From positions 24,180,001-24,244,000 of the forward strand of contig CM022677.1 in assembly GCA_012295275.1 (NCBI GenBank): a stretch of DNA of 64,000 nucleotides. The letters run 5' to 3'. Positions 14,813 through 35,553 of this stretch are shown here, piece by piece; the first letter of the stretch is position 1; each line of letters starts with the position of its first letter. A program made the translations under genes and the position numbers. The DNA comes from Chrysomallon squamiferum. Its lineage: Eukaryota > Animalia > Mollusca. Under the pieces are notes generated by a model. It ran no database searches. It saw only the letters and a program-made list of their open reading frames with translations, and was not told the origin of the DNA.

Positions 14813-15404
14813 ATCCTCTTAAATAAGGCAGGATTAAGACGGTACCATACGAGACTATTGTCTTTGACATTTGTTTTTAAATAAATAAAATAATTACCAG
14901 TACTACGTGAACTAACAAGAGTTTTAGCACGTAATTCAGTTTTGGAGTTTAATATTTTTGCCGAACAAATTTAATAAAACGTTCAAAATAAACTTTAAAT
15001 CATAACATTTCTTGAACCAAGCGAAAAAAAATAATTTAAGAAAAAGAAAAATAGTACCGTATGATAGTGTCTTTCGGGGTGTTAGTAATAACGTATGTTA
15101 GTAACCATTAATCGTACTATCGCTCGCTTAATGACGTCATAAATGAGTTACATAGCAACGACATCGTGATTGTGACGTCATAATGATTTAAATGATTATG
15201 ACAGATAGAGTTATTTAAATATTAATGACGACAAACATTTTAAAATTATTATGACGTCATGAATAATTTAAATAGCAATGACATCATTAAATAATTTATG
15301 CGATTATGAAATTAGTTAAAATAAATATACTTTTGAGCTATATATTAAAACAATTTTAAAATATTAATTAAAAAATATGTTTCATAAAACACTGTTATAA
15401 AAAC

Positions 15405-15447
<43 letters not shown>

Positions 15448-15973
15448 TTCCTTGTCTTACAAAACAGATCTTTCTTCCTTGCTTCAACGATTTTATGACG
15501 TCATCGCGTTGATAAAATTATATATTTATAAATACTGATAATGAATACTGTATTTACATTTCGATGTCAAATCTTGAAAAATCTAAGACTAAATAAAAAT
15601 AAATAAATAAATAAATATATGGAATTCTTAAGAACTACGGCAGTGTTTGGGCATAAGTAAGTGTCTTTCTTTCTTATTTTCCCTGCAACATGGCGATTGT
15701 ACACGACGTCATTTAACTTTCATTACTTCTCTTGTTCATTAATAATTATGTTGTAAAATGTGTGTTGCTGTAATTGGTGACGTCAGTTCGTTGTATGATG
15801 ATACTCAGCAGTATTCGTCGAAGTGAAGAGGTTTCGGCTGGAGAATGACGTTGTGAACACTTGTGACGTCATTTCGTTGTTTGGGTTTCGTTTCCTCTGA
15901 GGTATTCTGCTGTAAAGAGGCGGTTGCTGGTGGGCTATGACGTCATTTCGTTTACCGGATGATGACGTAATGT

Positions 15974-20364
<4,391 letters not shown>

Positions 20365-20819
20365 TAGCCGTCTGCCGCTCGTACATTCCACCGCCTAGGC
20401 GCGCACGGGTCCCTTCTACGACTGCTCGCGTCTCTAAGGCTACGAGACGCGCACGTAAGCTTTTATACAGTCGAATATGCCTCCATTTCTCGAACGCGCC
20501 TGGGCACGACAGGAATTTTTTTTATTTCAGAGTGGTTTTTTTTTTTTTTTTTCCAACTCGACAATTCGGTGCTGGTAGCCTGGAAATTTCGTTATGGGTA
20601 CAACAACAATGTTAACCAACAGAAACAAACTGCAGAGATCAATACGAGATTATCGCTTTTTTTTTTTTTTTCTTTTTTTCTTTTTAATTATATACGTATA
20701 ACAGTGTAATTCATGTCAAGTTAGATCGTGTGGTAAATACAGTCGTAGATACAACGGAAAATTATAAACAGACACTCTTGTGTTATGAATAGGTGTATAG
20801 GGAGATGGAGTTAGTAGAT

Positions 20820-20889
<70 letters not shown>

Positions 20890-21171
20890 GTAAGTAGTGA
20901 AATGAGCAGGAGAGTATATACTAGATAGATAGGTAGTACAGCGATGGGTAGAATGGTGGGTACGTTATATATAGATAGACTTGTAGGGAGGCAAACAGGT
21001 GTTTATTTCGTGCATGGATATGCATATGGCTAATTGGGTAAAAAAACTTTGCGAGGTAGTTAGATACGGAGAACTGTCAGTGACAGGTATACAGTTACAG
21101 GTGAATAATTAGGTAATGACGGATTAGGTAGGTTTATAGGTACGTTCGTAGGTAGGAAGATACACAGATAG

Positions 21172-21259
<88 letters not shown>

Positions 21260-21920
21260 ACAGTAGACAGACAGATAGAAACATAAAATGACAGACGGAT
21301 AGACGGACAGATATTATAAAACAAATAAAAGAGACCTGCATGCTAGATAACAACTATATCGAAATATATACAAACATTCATGCACACAAATACACACATA
21401 AACAACCACTCGCATGCGTTCACTGGCACACACGTACATAAACACATCCATACATCAATCTATCTATATGTATATATACACATACATACACACACACATT
21501 TATATACGTACATATACATACATGCATACACATACATACATACACATACATACATACATACATACATACATACGTACACACATGCACAGACAATGTGCAC
21601 ATGTCTATTTACACATACCACAAACAGACTGTGTGAAAGATTGAATCGTTCACAGTCTAGATGATTCATTCCTTACTTATTCTTAACATTTTCATTTTGA
21701 TTTTTTTAAATTTTTATTGTTATTCGTGCTGTTGAATTTTTCTCTTTCCATGACGTTTTTTGTCATGTTTGGTCATCTCTCTGTCTGTCTCTCTCTGTCT
21801 CTCTGTCTCTCTCTCTGTCTCTGTATCGCTCTGTTTCTGTCTCTCTCTGTCTCTGTCTCTCTCTATCTTTCTTTCTTTCTCTCTGTATATATGTAATGAG
21901 AGAGAGAGACAGAGAGATAC

Positions 21921-21999
<79 letters not shown>

Positions 22000-24489
22000 T
22001 AGAAACGAAATGTTTATTGTTTATATTGTTTTCTCCTCCCTTTTTCTGTTATGTTGGTGTTGTCGCTTTTGGGGGTTTTGTTTTCTTATTTTTTCCTCTT
22101 TTTATTTTACAGTTAGTTTAGTTGTTGTTTTATGGTTTTGTTTCTTTTTATTCTTTTTTTTTTTATTTTTTTTTTTTTTTTTTTATTTTTCTGGGTGGAG
22201 CGTTACCGGGTGGTTTTTTGTCACCGTTGACTGTATTCTTTGTTTTCAGTTTTGGCGAGGATCAGTTACAAAGATTAAAACATTTGCTGTAATGAAAAGA
22301 AACTCTCGGACAATAAAACAGCGCTTTGAAAAAAAATAAAAGAGAAGCAGCGAGAAGGAAGTGTCTTAGAAAAAAAAAATAAAATAATAATCACTGAGGT
22401 GAATAGTTTAATACTTTGCGTGTTGGGACATGAAGTAAGTAACAGAAAGAGACGTTGTGAGTTGTGTGCGTGCGTGCGTGCGTGCGTGTTGTTTCAGTTT
22501 GTGTGTGAGTGCGTTTCAATATGTCGGAATGAATATGGTGGTGTGTTTGTGCGTGTGTGCGCGCATGTGTGTGTGTGTAGTTCTGTGAGTCTGTATGCCT
22601 GCGATGAGTGTGTGCATGTGTCTGTATGTATATGTGTATGTGTGTGTATCTGTATCTGTATCTATCTACCTATGTGTGTGTAGGTATGTATCTATCTATC
22701 TATATCTATTAAGTATAGGTTTTGTTAAAATTCCAATGCATGCATTGATATGTATCACAATCTTTCTCAATCCCCGTTTGACTGTAACAGAAACCAAACC
22801 TCGTGCATTTTACAACTACGACTACAGCATAATCCGTACTAATCCTCGGATCTATCAGAATAATCGCATTATCCAACCGTGTAAATAAGAACCTGCACTG
22901 ATACCCAGTTTAATGGTTGTTATGTGTGTTATCATTTAATTTATTACTAGGTGCGTCTTATTGTAATAGATTCAGTTCATTTGTTTCTGTTATTGTGGGG
23001 CAAGATTAAAAATATAAAGAATAAAAGAACAAAGAAAAGAAATGAATAAAATTAAAAATTAAAAAAAAAACAAGAACAAAGAAGCAAAAACAAACTAAAA
23101 GAAATTGGAAGAGCAAAGAATGAAAGAAAATTCTAAATGCAAAGGAAAAAAGAAAAGAAAAAGAAAAGAAAGAAAGAAATAAATGGACGAAAATTATATT
23201 TACACGCACAAACGAGCGAACTCATGAGATACTCATATGAACACACAACTACGCAAACTGGAACACGCATATACACACACATACAGACGCATGCTGGCAC
23301 ACACATATCAACACACAAATACGCACATTCATACACACATATGCACATGCGCGCATGCACACAGGCGCACATACGAACACACTCAGATGCACATATGCAC
23401 AAGTGCACACACAGACTGTATACAATGATGCAAACATAAACTGATTATATTAAAAAATAAATAAAATAAATAAAAAAATAAAAATAAAAAAGTTCAGACA
23501 CAATATCATTGCATGGAAACTTTTCTCCTGCGTATAAAAAAAAAAAAAAAAAAAAAAAATGTACCGTTATTTTCTGTCACGTGACGTAATTTAATTTCAC
23601 CAGCGAGGCAGCTCTCCTCCTTTGATGGGCGGCAAGGAAGGGGGGGGGGAATGGTGGTGTGAGTGGGGGGGTGTACCTGTATTACGAAAAACCGGGCGAA
23701 ATAAACTATTTGAAATATGCGAAGCCACAAAAAACGTCACTAGGCCGGCCATAACTGAAATTCATCGATACCTATTTTCCTTTTTTTTTTTTTTTTTTTA
23801 AATTCTTTTTTTATTTTATTCATATGGCCCAATAAAGTTAACGACGGTATTCAGGGTCATGTGACATCGGATACCCGTGTAGACCTAGCGGTATATTAAT
23901 GACGGGTGGATGTGGGTCTATCGCTACGACTCCGTTCTTCATACGTCATCGAGTGGAACGGAATAAAATATGTTTTAAAGACAGGATAAACAAATGATCA
24001 ACGTGTTTTTTTTAAAAAACTGCATTGTCCGAGAGAGAATGAAGGAAGACGAATAGTGAAAAAGAGACAGTAATAAAAGTTTCAAAGGTAATTAATGTTT
24101 TAAATTCAGCTGTGCGTTTGACAAGAAAGAGTGCGTGAAAAACATTGCACAGCTGGAACAGAAACAAAGACAAATATATATATGTATATATAGATAGATA
24201 GATAGATGGACGGATAGATAGATAGATAGACAGATAGATAGAAAATAAATAGACAGAAGCAGATAGAAGAGAAAAGAGAATTTTAAAGAAAAAAGAAAGA
24301 TAGATGGAAAAGAAAAAAAGATAATTTTAGACAGACAGACAGACAGATAACATAGACAGACACATACATGCACACATCGACAGACAGATACACAGATATT
24401 TAAGATATACTAAATAATATTTCCAATGTCTTCTGATATTTGATGATACTTAATTATCATCACTGATTCCGCCTTACTCTTTATTTTTA

Positions 24490-24571
<82 letters not shown>

Positions 24572-26019
24572 CTTTTGCTCTCTGTTTATGTAGCATTTTT
24601 CTCTATGATTCCTTCTATTTCGTTATGTATATATGTACGTGTGTTGTGTATGTATGTATGCATATATTATTATTATTATTATTATTATTAACTGTATAGT
24701 TATAGTAGTAGCAGATTTCAATACATATATCAGAGGGATACAAATATATCAGAAACGACCGCAATGCACCCGAATGTTAAAACACGTCTTAAGAAATGTG
24801 AACACTTCAAACTCTTTGGTACCTACCGAAACAATTCGTCAAACCCGCCCCAAGTCTAACACGCCCCTTGCTTAACTTATCCCATCCCGAGGGAAAATGG
24901 TCGACACTTGATTTTTCTTTTTTCTTTTTTTTTTCTGCCGATGCCGACGTGTTTGAGGACGACGTAGGCTTTTGGCGACGTTGCCTTTTGACTTGAAGTG
25001 CGTGTGGAGCTTGTAAAAGCTTTCGCGGGTCCGGCTAAAGACCGCAAAGAACACGAATCGCCTTTCGAAAGGGACAAACGACAGTCAACGATTAAATATT
25101 TGCAGACGTTGTTGACCCAGTATGTGTGGATAATAAAATGTTTAATGTACCGTGTTTGTTAAACACTCCGCCTATTCAAGCTGACGAAAAGTCTAACCAG
25201 AGTGCAGCGCAGGACTAGTGTGTGAGGAAAAAAAAAAAAAAAAAAAAAAAGGACGTTTTTTTTTTTTTTTTTGTCTGTCTGTATGTAAAAATTAATTTAT
25301 TGTCATATCGTGTATCGCAAATTGCTTGCTCTATAGTCAACCAGCTTTTAATTTATGACCGAGTGTTTGACTTAGACGAAAAATCATTCACGAAAAACAT
25401 GGTGTTTTCTTTGGTTTTCTATATCTCTGTCACAAAAAGCGCATCGTTAAAAGTTTGCACAGTCAGAGAGACTCCAGGCATTTACATTGTGGCTTTTTTT
25501 TTTTGCGGTTGTTCACGTTATTTCACAAAAGTTGGCGAAGAATGGTAACGATTAAGACATACATCGTCATAGTGGTTCTTTACACTTTTTTCACGTTAAT
25601 AAACAAAAGAAAAAATTCACAAAAAAAAAAAAAAAAAAAAGCATCTCTAAAACGTCTCAATAATGGTACTGGTTAAGTTAGGCAAAGGTTCTTTGCAGTT
25701 GTTCACGCTACTTCACAAACTGTTTCGAAAAAAAAAAAAGGTACCAGTTAAATCTATTATCCATGTCTTTGTGTGTTGCGTATCACTGTGACAGAACCAG
25801 TCTACAATTCTATTTACTTTCACAGTTCAGTTGAAGGCGTGAATCAAAAATTATCAGTGACTTTTATTTAACGACAAATAAGCATTAGAAAGATTGGTTC
25901 AGCGTATTATTATTTAAACAGACGTAGTTAAAGTTCGCTGGGTACTCGACCAAGTTCATAAATTATAAAGTGATATGACGGGGTAATAAGTACAATAAAT
26001 ATGTTAGATGTATAATGAC

Positions 26020-26050
<31 letters not shown>

Positions 26051-26769
26051 CATGTGTGTGTGTGTCTGTGTACCTACATACGTTCATACGTACATAAATA
26101 AATATATATATATATATATACATACATATACACATTCACACATATATATAATATATATACATGCATACATATAAATGCATACATATAAATATATATATAT
26201 ATATATGCATGCATGCATTTAATGTATGTACTTATATATGTATGCATGTATATATGTGTGTATGTATGTACATATATATTTATTTACGTACGTATGAACG
26301 TATGTAGGTACACATACACACATACACACACATATAATATACATCTAACATATTTACTGGCACATAAATACATACATACATACATACATACACACGCACA
26401 CACAAACACACACATTTGCATTACAGTAACAAATTAACGATTCATTGTAAAAAAATAATAACAATAATTATTACAAACAAACACGTATACGATTAACTAT
26501 AATTATCGGTAATACGTGAGTTCTGTTGAATATCAGTGATTTATAAACCTGTTTTACCTGCAAACCACTGATAGAGAAATGTGCATTCTAATTTATCACC
26601 TTGTACGATTTGTATAAGGTTACGAATAAAGAGCGCTATCTCCCGAAAGCCACTAAGTTAGAAGTTAACGGTGCATATTGTAAATATTGTATGGGCTGAG
26701 TGAGATAAAATTAACATAAATTAACGTGATACGTAATAATTTAAAGAAAACCATCCTTTGTAATGTATT

Positions 26770-26844
26770 AGTTGACGGCATGTGGTCGAAAGTTAGTGGG
26801 TTTTGACGGTAAATAATACATCTAGTTGAAAAAATATTTTCCAT

Positions 26845-26875
<31 letters not shown>

Positions 26876-27270
26876 TTACTATGTTATTGTATGTTAACGG
26901 TTTATAAAGGTAAAATAAATAAGGTGTCCTCTTGTGTTAGATATATCCAACAAATATAATCTATTATTTTTAAAAATATATTGCTGTAAGTTAACGGTTC
27001 ATAACGGTAAATAGCATGCCCTCTTGTTTCAGATATACTATCTTTTACACAAAAAAAAATTGTTGAAAGTTAATGGTTTATAACGGTAAACAATACGTCC
27101 TATTATTTTATTTTTTATTTTTTTTCCACAAATATAATTTATTATTTTTAAATACATTGTTGTAAGTTAACGGTTCATAACGGTAAAAGATATGTCCTCT
27201 TGTTTACGAAGATAACGTATTTTTTGTAGATGCATCGTTGTAAACTAACGGTCCATAGCGGTAAATTATG
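26770..27270 (+). repeat. Degenerate tandem array, core GTTAACGGTTCATAACGGTAAA, alternating about 97/79-bp spacing
   Basis: Core copies near 26893, 26990, 27069, 27166 and 27245. 26950-27010 and 27129-27187 are near-identical, giving a dimer period of about 177 bp. Confidence 0.85.
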
Positions 27271-27860
27271 CGACATGATATGTCCGCCTTTTAGCCAAAT
27301 ATAAACAGGCTTACCTAGCAATTGTTCAGCAGTCAAATTAACTGTAATATGTTAACATATTCACAGCATATTTAGAAATTAATTTATTGAAGAAGTACAG
27401 AAGAAGAAGAAGAAGAAGAAGAAGAAGAAGAAGAAGAAGAAGAAAGAAAACAGAAACAAAACAAACTAAGAATAAACCGAAACAAATCATAAAAACAACA
27501 TTATCTTCAACAACAACAACTAAATAATAACACCAACAGTAGTAGTAGTAGCAGTCAAAGTAGTAGTAATAGTAGTAGTAGTATCATCATTAACATTATT
27601 ATTATTGTTGTTGTTTTTGTTGCTGTTGTTATTAATAGCAGTTATAGTAATAGTATTGTAGTAGTTGTTGTAGTGGTACTAAACGTAGCAGTAGTAGTGA
27701 CGATGGTTGTAGTAGTAGAAGTAGTAGCAGCATCAGCAGTAGTAGTAGCAGTAGTGGTAGTAGTAGTAGCAGTAGTACCATTAATAGTGGTAGTAGTTGT
27801 AGTAATATTAGTAGCAGTAAGAGTATTATTAGTAGAGATGACAGTTGCAGTAGTAGTAGC

Positions 27861-27913
<53 letters not shown>

Positions 27914-28269
27914 CAGCCGTAGTAGTAGTAAAGATCTTCTTCAAATCATTGTAACTAATTCTGCGTATGTAAGGAGATTTCGCGAACCAGTCACCCAATT
28001 TCATTGTTAACGTGCAGTCCCTATAACGTATCGTATCCCTATCTGGGGTTACTAGGGTATTTGTAGTTGCCAATAGCAACATTGAAACGTAACCCGCATT
28101 CCAAGCAACAAAAGTGTCAGGGGAAAAATGAATTACTGATCTATTTGAAAAAAAAAAAAAAAAAAAAAAATATGTGCACCGAAATTGACAGCCTATCTTC
28201 AGTTTGTTTCGAGGCCAATGGACTGGGTTTATATTTTCAAGGTCTGCTTTGAAAAATAAATAGAAATAA

Positions 28270-28510
<241 letters not shown>

Positions 28511-28691
28511 AGACAGAGAGCTAGATACTATCCCTGGACATGCTGTAACATGCATAAAAGCTCGTAGAAATCAATATCTTTTCTTTGAAAAACTTTTTTT
28601 TGAAAATACTTGTCACTTGTAGCATTCTCACGACCTTAGTTTTTTTCTTAACTTACTTACTGCATTCGATTACTTTGTTGTTGGTTATTTA

Positions 28692-28722
<31 letters not shown>

Positions 28723-29125
28723 GGAGGTCTTTTTCCCTCGTCTATGCATTTTCCAAGTGTGATATCTTTTTCTATTTATTTTTTATTTATTTATATCTAT
28801 TACATTAAACCCACTCTGGAATGTTACAGCTATTAATAGAAACTCATGAATATGCACGGAAATGTCGGGTTGACTTGACTGAGAAAGACAGAAGGAATGA
28901 GACGGGTATGACGACAGACTCTATTTATGTCTGTCTGTCTTTATTTCTTTTTTTCATGTCTGTCTGTCTTTAGCTATCAAACAAATGTATTGTTTGATTT
29001 GTTTGACATTTTTTCTGATGGTTTCGTGCATATATAAACATTCACACCTAAAAAGATAGATAGCGAAAGAGAAAGATATATAGAGAGAAAAATAAATAAA
29101 TAAATAAATAAATAAATATATATAT

Positions 29126-29174
<49 letters not shown>

Positions 29175-29181
29175 GAGATAG

Positions 29182-29228
<47 letters not shown>

Positions 29229-29899
29229 CACACACATTATATTATATTACATTATATTTCTACATTCAAAGTACACTGCTAGATGCATAATCACTCAAAA
29301 CAAAATACACACACACACACACACACGCACGCACGAACACACACACTCAAATATACATTCATATTCATTCGTATCGACATCCATGTGACCAACGTCGTTC
29401 TTTATAAAACAACATCACTGCAGCTGAAATTCACAACCACGACAACAATAATGAACGCCACTGTGATATTTCGTTAGATCCACCCTAAGAAAATAAAAAA
29501 AAATAATAAAATAGCACGAAGAACTGTTCACGATGGTCTTTCTGACAATGAACATGTTAAATACAGCGACCTGCTATTGTGTCCATGCAGAGTTATTAAT
29601 AAAAACTCGACTTGTAAAGGTTTAATCCAAGGAAAGATTAAATAAAAATATATATATATGAAATTGCCTGTGACGAGTTCTGTGTGATCTTTCGCCAGTT
29701 CTGATTATTCATGGCCAGGTTTGTAAGTAGTCAGAAATGTAATAAATAAACATTGGTGTTTATTATTGGTACAGAGTATGTATGTATGTATGTATGGAGG
29801 GAGGATAGATAGATAGATAGATAGAGAGAGAGATAGATAGATAGATAGAGAGATAGAGAGAGAGAGAGAGATATATATAGGGAGGGATGTTTAGGGAGG

Positions 29900-30069
<170 letters not shown>

Positions 30070-31639
30070 AGATGTCTGATAAATATATATATATGAGGAA
30101 AGAGAGATAGAGAGAGAGTAAGAGAGAGAAGAGAGAAAGAGAGAGCAACAGAGAAAGAGAAATTAGAAAGAAGAGAGACTTATCTTTAGATGTTGTGTTA
30201 ATATAGATATATAACAATGAGTAGGAAATTACAGTCTGTTTTTGTGTAACGATGTCGCAAATTTTTACCAAACAGAACATCATTTCAAAATTGCAAAGAA
30301 CATATCCTTAAGTTTTGTTAATTTAAGATATTCAACAATATTATTTAAATTACAACAACTGATTCGATAACGATAGTAATAATTTTTACGATGATTAGAA
30401 AAAAAAAAAAATCATTTCAAAATAGAGTCAGAAATTTCATATCCTGTTATTCTGAAATATTTTCAACATTTTCAGGCAGGAATTACAAATGCTGGTTCTG
30501 TCATTCGAAAGTGTAATAATAAAAATAATAAAAATAAAATATTTTGAAAATCGTGATGGTTTGCCGTTATTTCACGTTCAGTTAATTTTAGTTAGTTGAA
30601 TGTCGTTCATAAATTTAGTTATGATGTTGCTAACTTCTTGCAGCTAAAATGAGATAAAAATTGTTTATTATAATAATAATAATAATAATATAATAACAAC
30701 AACAATAACAATGATAATAATAATAGTAGTAGTAATAATAATATTAATATTAATAATAATAATAATAATAATAATAACAATGATAATAATAATAATAATA
30801 GTAATAATAATAACAACAGCAACAACAACAATAATAATAAATAAATAAATAAATAATTAAATAAACAAACAAATAAATAAATAAATAAACAAACAAACAA
30901 ACGAACGAACGAACAAATAAATAAATAAACAAACAAACAAATAAATAAACAAACAAACAAACGAACGAACAAATAAATAAATAAACAAACAAACAAACAA
31001 ATAAATAAACAAATAAACAAACAACAAATAAATAATTAAATAAATAAACAAATAACTAAACGAACAAACAAAAAAAAAAAAAAAATAAAAACACAAACAA
31101 ATAAACAAACAAACGAACAAACAAACAAACAAACACACGAACAAACAAACAAACAAACAAACAAACAAACAAACAAACAAACAAACAAACAAATTAATTA
31201 ACAAACAAACAAACAACGAGCACAGTTAACTTGAACCACTCTGCCTAGGACAGTGTTCACACCGAGGTTAACTCCCAAGTCAAATCCTATCTCTTACCTT
31301 CGTGACTAATATTCAAAATCTCTGCAGTATTACTTACCTTTGTGTCTCCTCAAAACAGCTCAAACTGCACCAGATAACAAACTCATTATGTATTATTCAA
31401 CACCCAGTAAGCATTTCAAACAGTTATGTATCATTAGCCTATAACACTGAAAACGACTTGCAATGCGGTATCATTGTTAATCGTGAACATAACATCAATA
31501 TTAACCAACGAAATAGTATGATATCGTTAATATGTAATATTAACCAAATTATTGTTTTTAACGTTATATATCACCAACATATATAAGACTAACGTAAATG
31601 ATTGTATAATTTATCTTTATGTGCCTTTAAAACGTCAAC

Positions 31640-32770
<1,131 letters not shown>

Positions 32771-33331
32771 ATAAAATAAATTTCGTAATGCGTCTTTCGT
32801 GTTTACCAGTTGACGTGTGACACTCTATGATCTTTCAGGGCGGGTGAAAGATTTTAAATATTTATTGGTATGTAAGTCTCTAAATTATTTCTCTCGAGTA
32901 TCCTGTCACATTTGTGCAAACACGCATGTCAGATGAGTCACGTGACGTTGAAAAGTGTCCTGGGTGTTGTCGTAGATGACTTTGCACGTTCTCGAGTTTC
33001 GTTGTTTCTGACTTAGGGCGAAAGTCGTTTGGTGCACTCAGTTCTAAATTACTTTGTCCTTACTCGTTTTGTAATTTGATACGCCATGTTTGCAAGTGTT
33101 TGTCTACAGTGTGTGTGTATGTATGTATGTATGTCTTTATGTCAGTTTATATGTGTGTGTGTGCGTAGGTGTTTGCATGTATAGGTGTTTGCATGTATCT
33201 GTGTATGTATGTGTGTGCTATTTTTATATTTGTACATATATATATATATATTATGTGTGTGTGTATTATCTATCTATTTGTTTATATATTTGTCTACATG
33301 CATGTATATATAATGTGTGTCTCTATCTATT

Positions 33332-33408
<77 letters not shown>

Positions 33409-34287
33409 CTACTATTATTACTATTCCTGAAATAACTACTTCTACTATTCTACTACTACTACTACTTCTACTACTACTACTACTACTGTTAGAAATACAG
33501 ATTTTCCACAAACATTCCACACTGAAATCGATTCTTGTAAGAGCCACCCATGATTCAAGTCATCATCATCATTGTCGTCATCAACACCATAATTATTATA
33601 ATTATCATTAGAGAGATCTTAAAACTGTTTCACTAATTATGATAAATATTATCATGAGGATCATTATCATCATCATCATTATCATAATCATCAGTGTCAG
33701 AGATGTGAAGCATTAGTTTAACTGCATCCATGTACGCTGAACCGCATGTTTACTTAGTTAATATTTATTTATTTGTTTGTTTGTTTGTTTATTTATTCGT
33801 TTATTTATTTATTTTTGTTCGTTTATTTACTTGACTGTTTTATTTTATTTTATTTTATTTTATTATTATTATTATTTTTTTTTTTTTTTTTTTTTGTCGT
33901 CTGATAGAGTTCAGTTAACAAATAATTAAGAGAGAAAAATAACAAGTGTGTATATAAATGTACATAGCTCTACGTGTATGTATATATATATATATATATA
34001 TCAGCGTAAATCAGTAAATAAATAGAAAAAAAAAAAGAAAGATAAAAAGAAATAAGTAACTAAACAAGTAATTATTTAAGTAAAAAGTAAGTGATTAAAT
34101 ATTAATAAATAAATAAAATAAAAAAATAAATAAATAATTAAGTAAATAAATAAATAAGTAAATAATTGATTTATGACCGGAATTAAAGTCTTTTGACTTT
34201 ACAGAGGCACGAACTCTGTACCGCTATGTTACCAGTCTCTTAAAATAAAATAAAATAATAATAAAAAAATAATAAAATAAATAAATA

Positions 34288-34341
<54 letters not shown>

Positions 34342-35064
34342 AATAAAAAATAAATAAATAAAAAAAAAAAAAATTAAATTAAAATCTCGGAATACTGAAA
34401 TGCTTACAAAGTGCGTTGATCGCTTATATCAATGTTAACTGTTATCATCATCTCTCTCTTCTCACAAAAACGTCGCAAAAATAAATACTGTGACGTAATC
34501 TTTATAACCCGGCGTTAATTTGTAATTACCATCACAGATTAGTATTTCCACATGTTCTGTGATCAATTTACGAATCGTATCGATCTCTTTGTTGCCGAAC
34601 CTGTAACGTAAACAATCAGCGCCAGAACGAGGCTCAGGTGGGAATGCAAGGTGTTTGCATTTTAGTCCGACGTGCGATAACCTGTCATATTTCACAGTCG
34701 TCTTGATTAGCGGGCCGGTGCTTATGACGTAATAATTAAGTACGTCATATCCGGCGACGCCGAGCCACGCTGCCTTCACCTGGTTTGTGGTGCACCTGTG
34801 CTGTCGCGCATGCGCTGTGGTGATTGTTTCCAGGCGTGTAGTTAATTTAGGTTTAAGGGTCTTACGGTTCAGCCGTTTACGATTTTATTATTAGAAGAAT
34901 GTTTACACGTAATTAATTGTAATTTGGAATAGTGACTAAATATTTTATGACGTCATATGATCCGGGTTACGTTAATCTGTTTAATGCTCTCGTTAAATAG
35001 TATTTAATAAAATTAATGCTGATTAAGAAATAGTGCTATTTAGGTGTGTGCGTGTTTGTTTGAG

Positions 35065-35102
35065 TACGTGTGTATGTATGTATGTATGTATGTATGTATG
35101 TA

Positions 35103-35137
<35 letters not shown>

Positions 35138-35312
35138 ATGTATGTATGTGTGTATGTATGTATGTATGTATGTATGTGTGTGTGTATATATGTGTGTATA
35201 TATGTATATATGTATGTGTGTATGTATGTATGTATGTATGTATGTATGTATGTGTGTGTGTGTGTATATGTATGTATGTATGTATGTATATATGTATGTG
35301 TGTATATGTGTG
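35065..35312. repeat. (TGTA)n/(TG)n compound microsatellite
   Basis: Direct inspection. Similar tracts occur at about 18692-18762 and 55033-55206. Confidence 0.95.
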
Positions 35313-35413
35313 TTCATGTGTGGGGGGGTATATTTATATATACAGAGAGAGTGAGAGTGAGAGAGAGACCTAGACAGAGAATAGATAGAAAACTAGAGAG
35401 AGAGAGAGAGAGA

Positions 35414-35553
<140 letters not shown>

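Noticed and set aside
14700-14830. Plus-strand miR-184 gene or paralogues
   Set aside because: The sequence is sense to miR-184 but lacks nt 9-12 (GAAC replaced by TT). There is no 5p arm of about 22 nt able to form a Drosha/Dicer hairpin, only 6-8 bp stems. An antisense target site fits better.
23870-23925. miR-10/miR-100-like TACCCGTGTAGACC with a weak stem
   Set aside because: Only partial identity, and the pairing is too short for a pre-miRNA.
24207-24216. Additional TGGACGGA (miR-184 seed word)
   Set aside because: It is a variant within a (GATA)n microsatellite, has no 3' complementarity, and lies outside the predicted transcript.
34462-34779. 105-aa non-repetitive minus-strand ORF
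   Set aside because: It starts at GTG, has no recognisable domain or flanking splice sites, and is explained by a GC-rich regulatory-like island.
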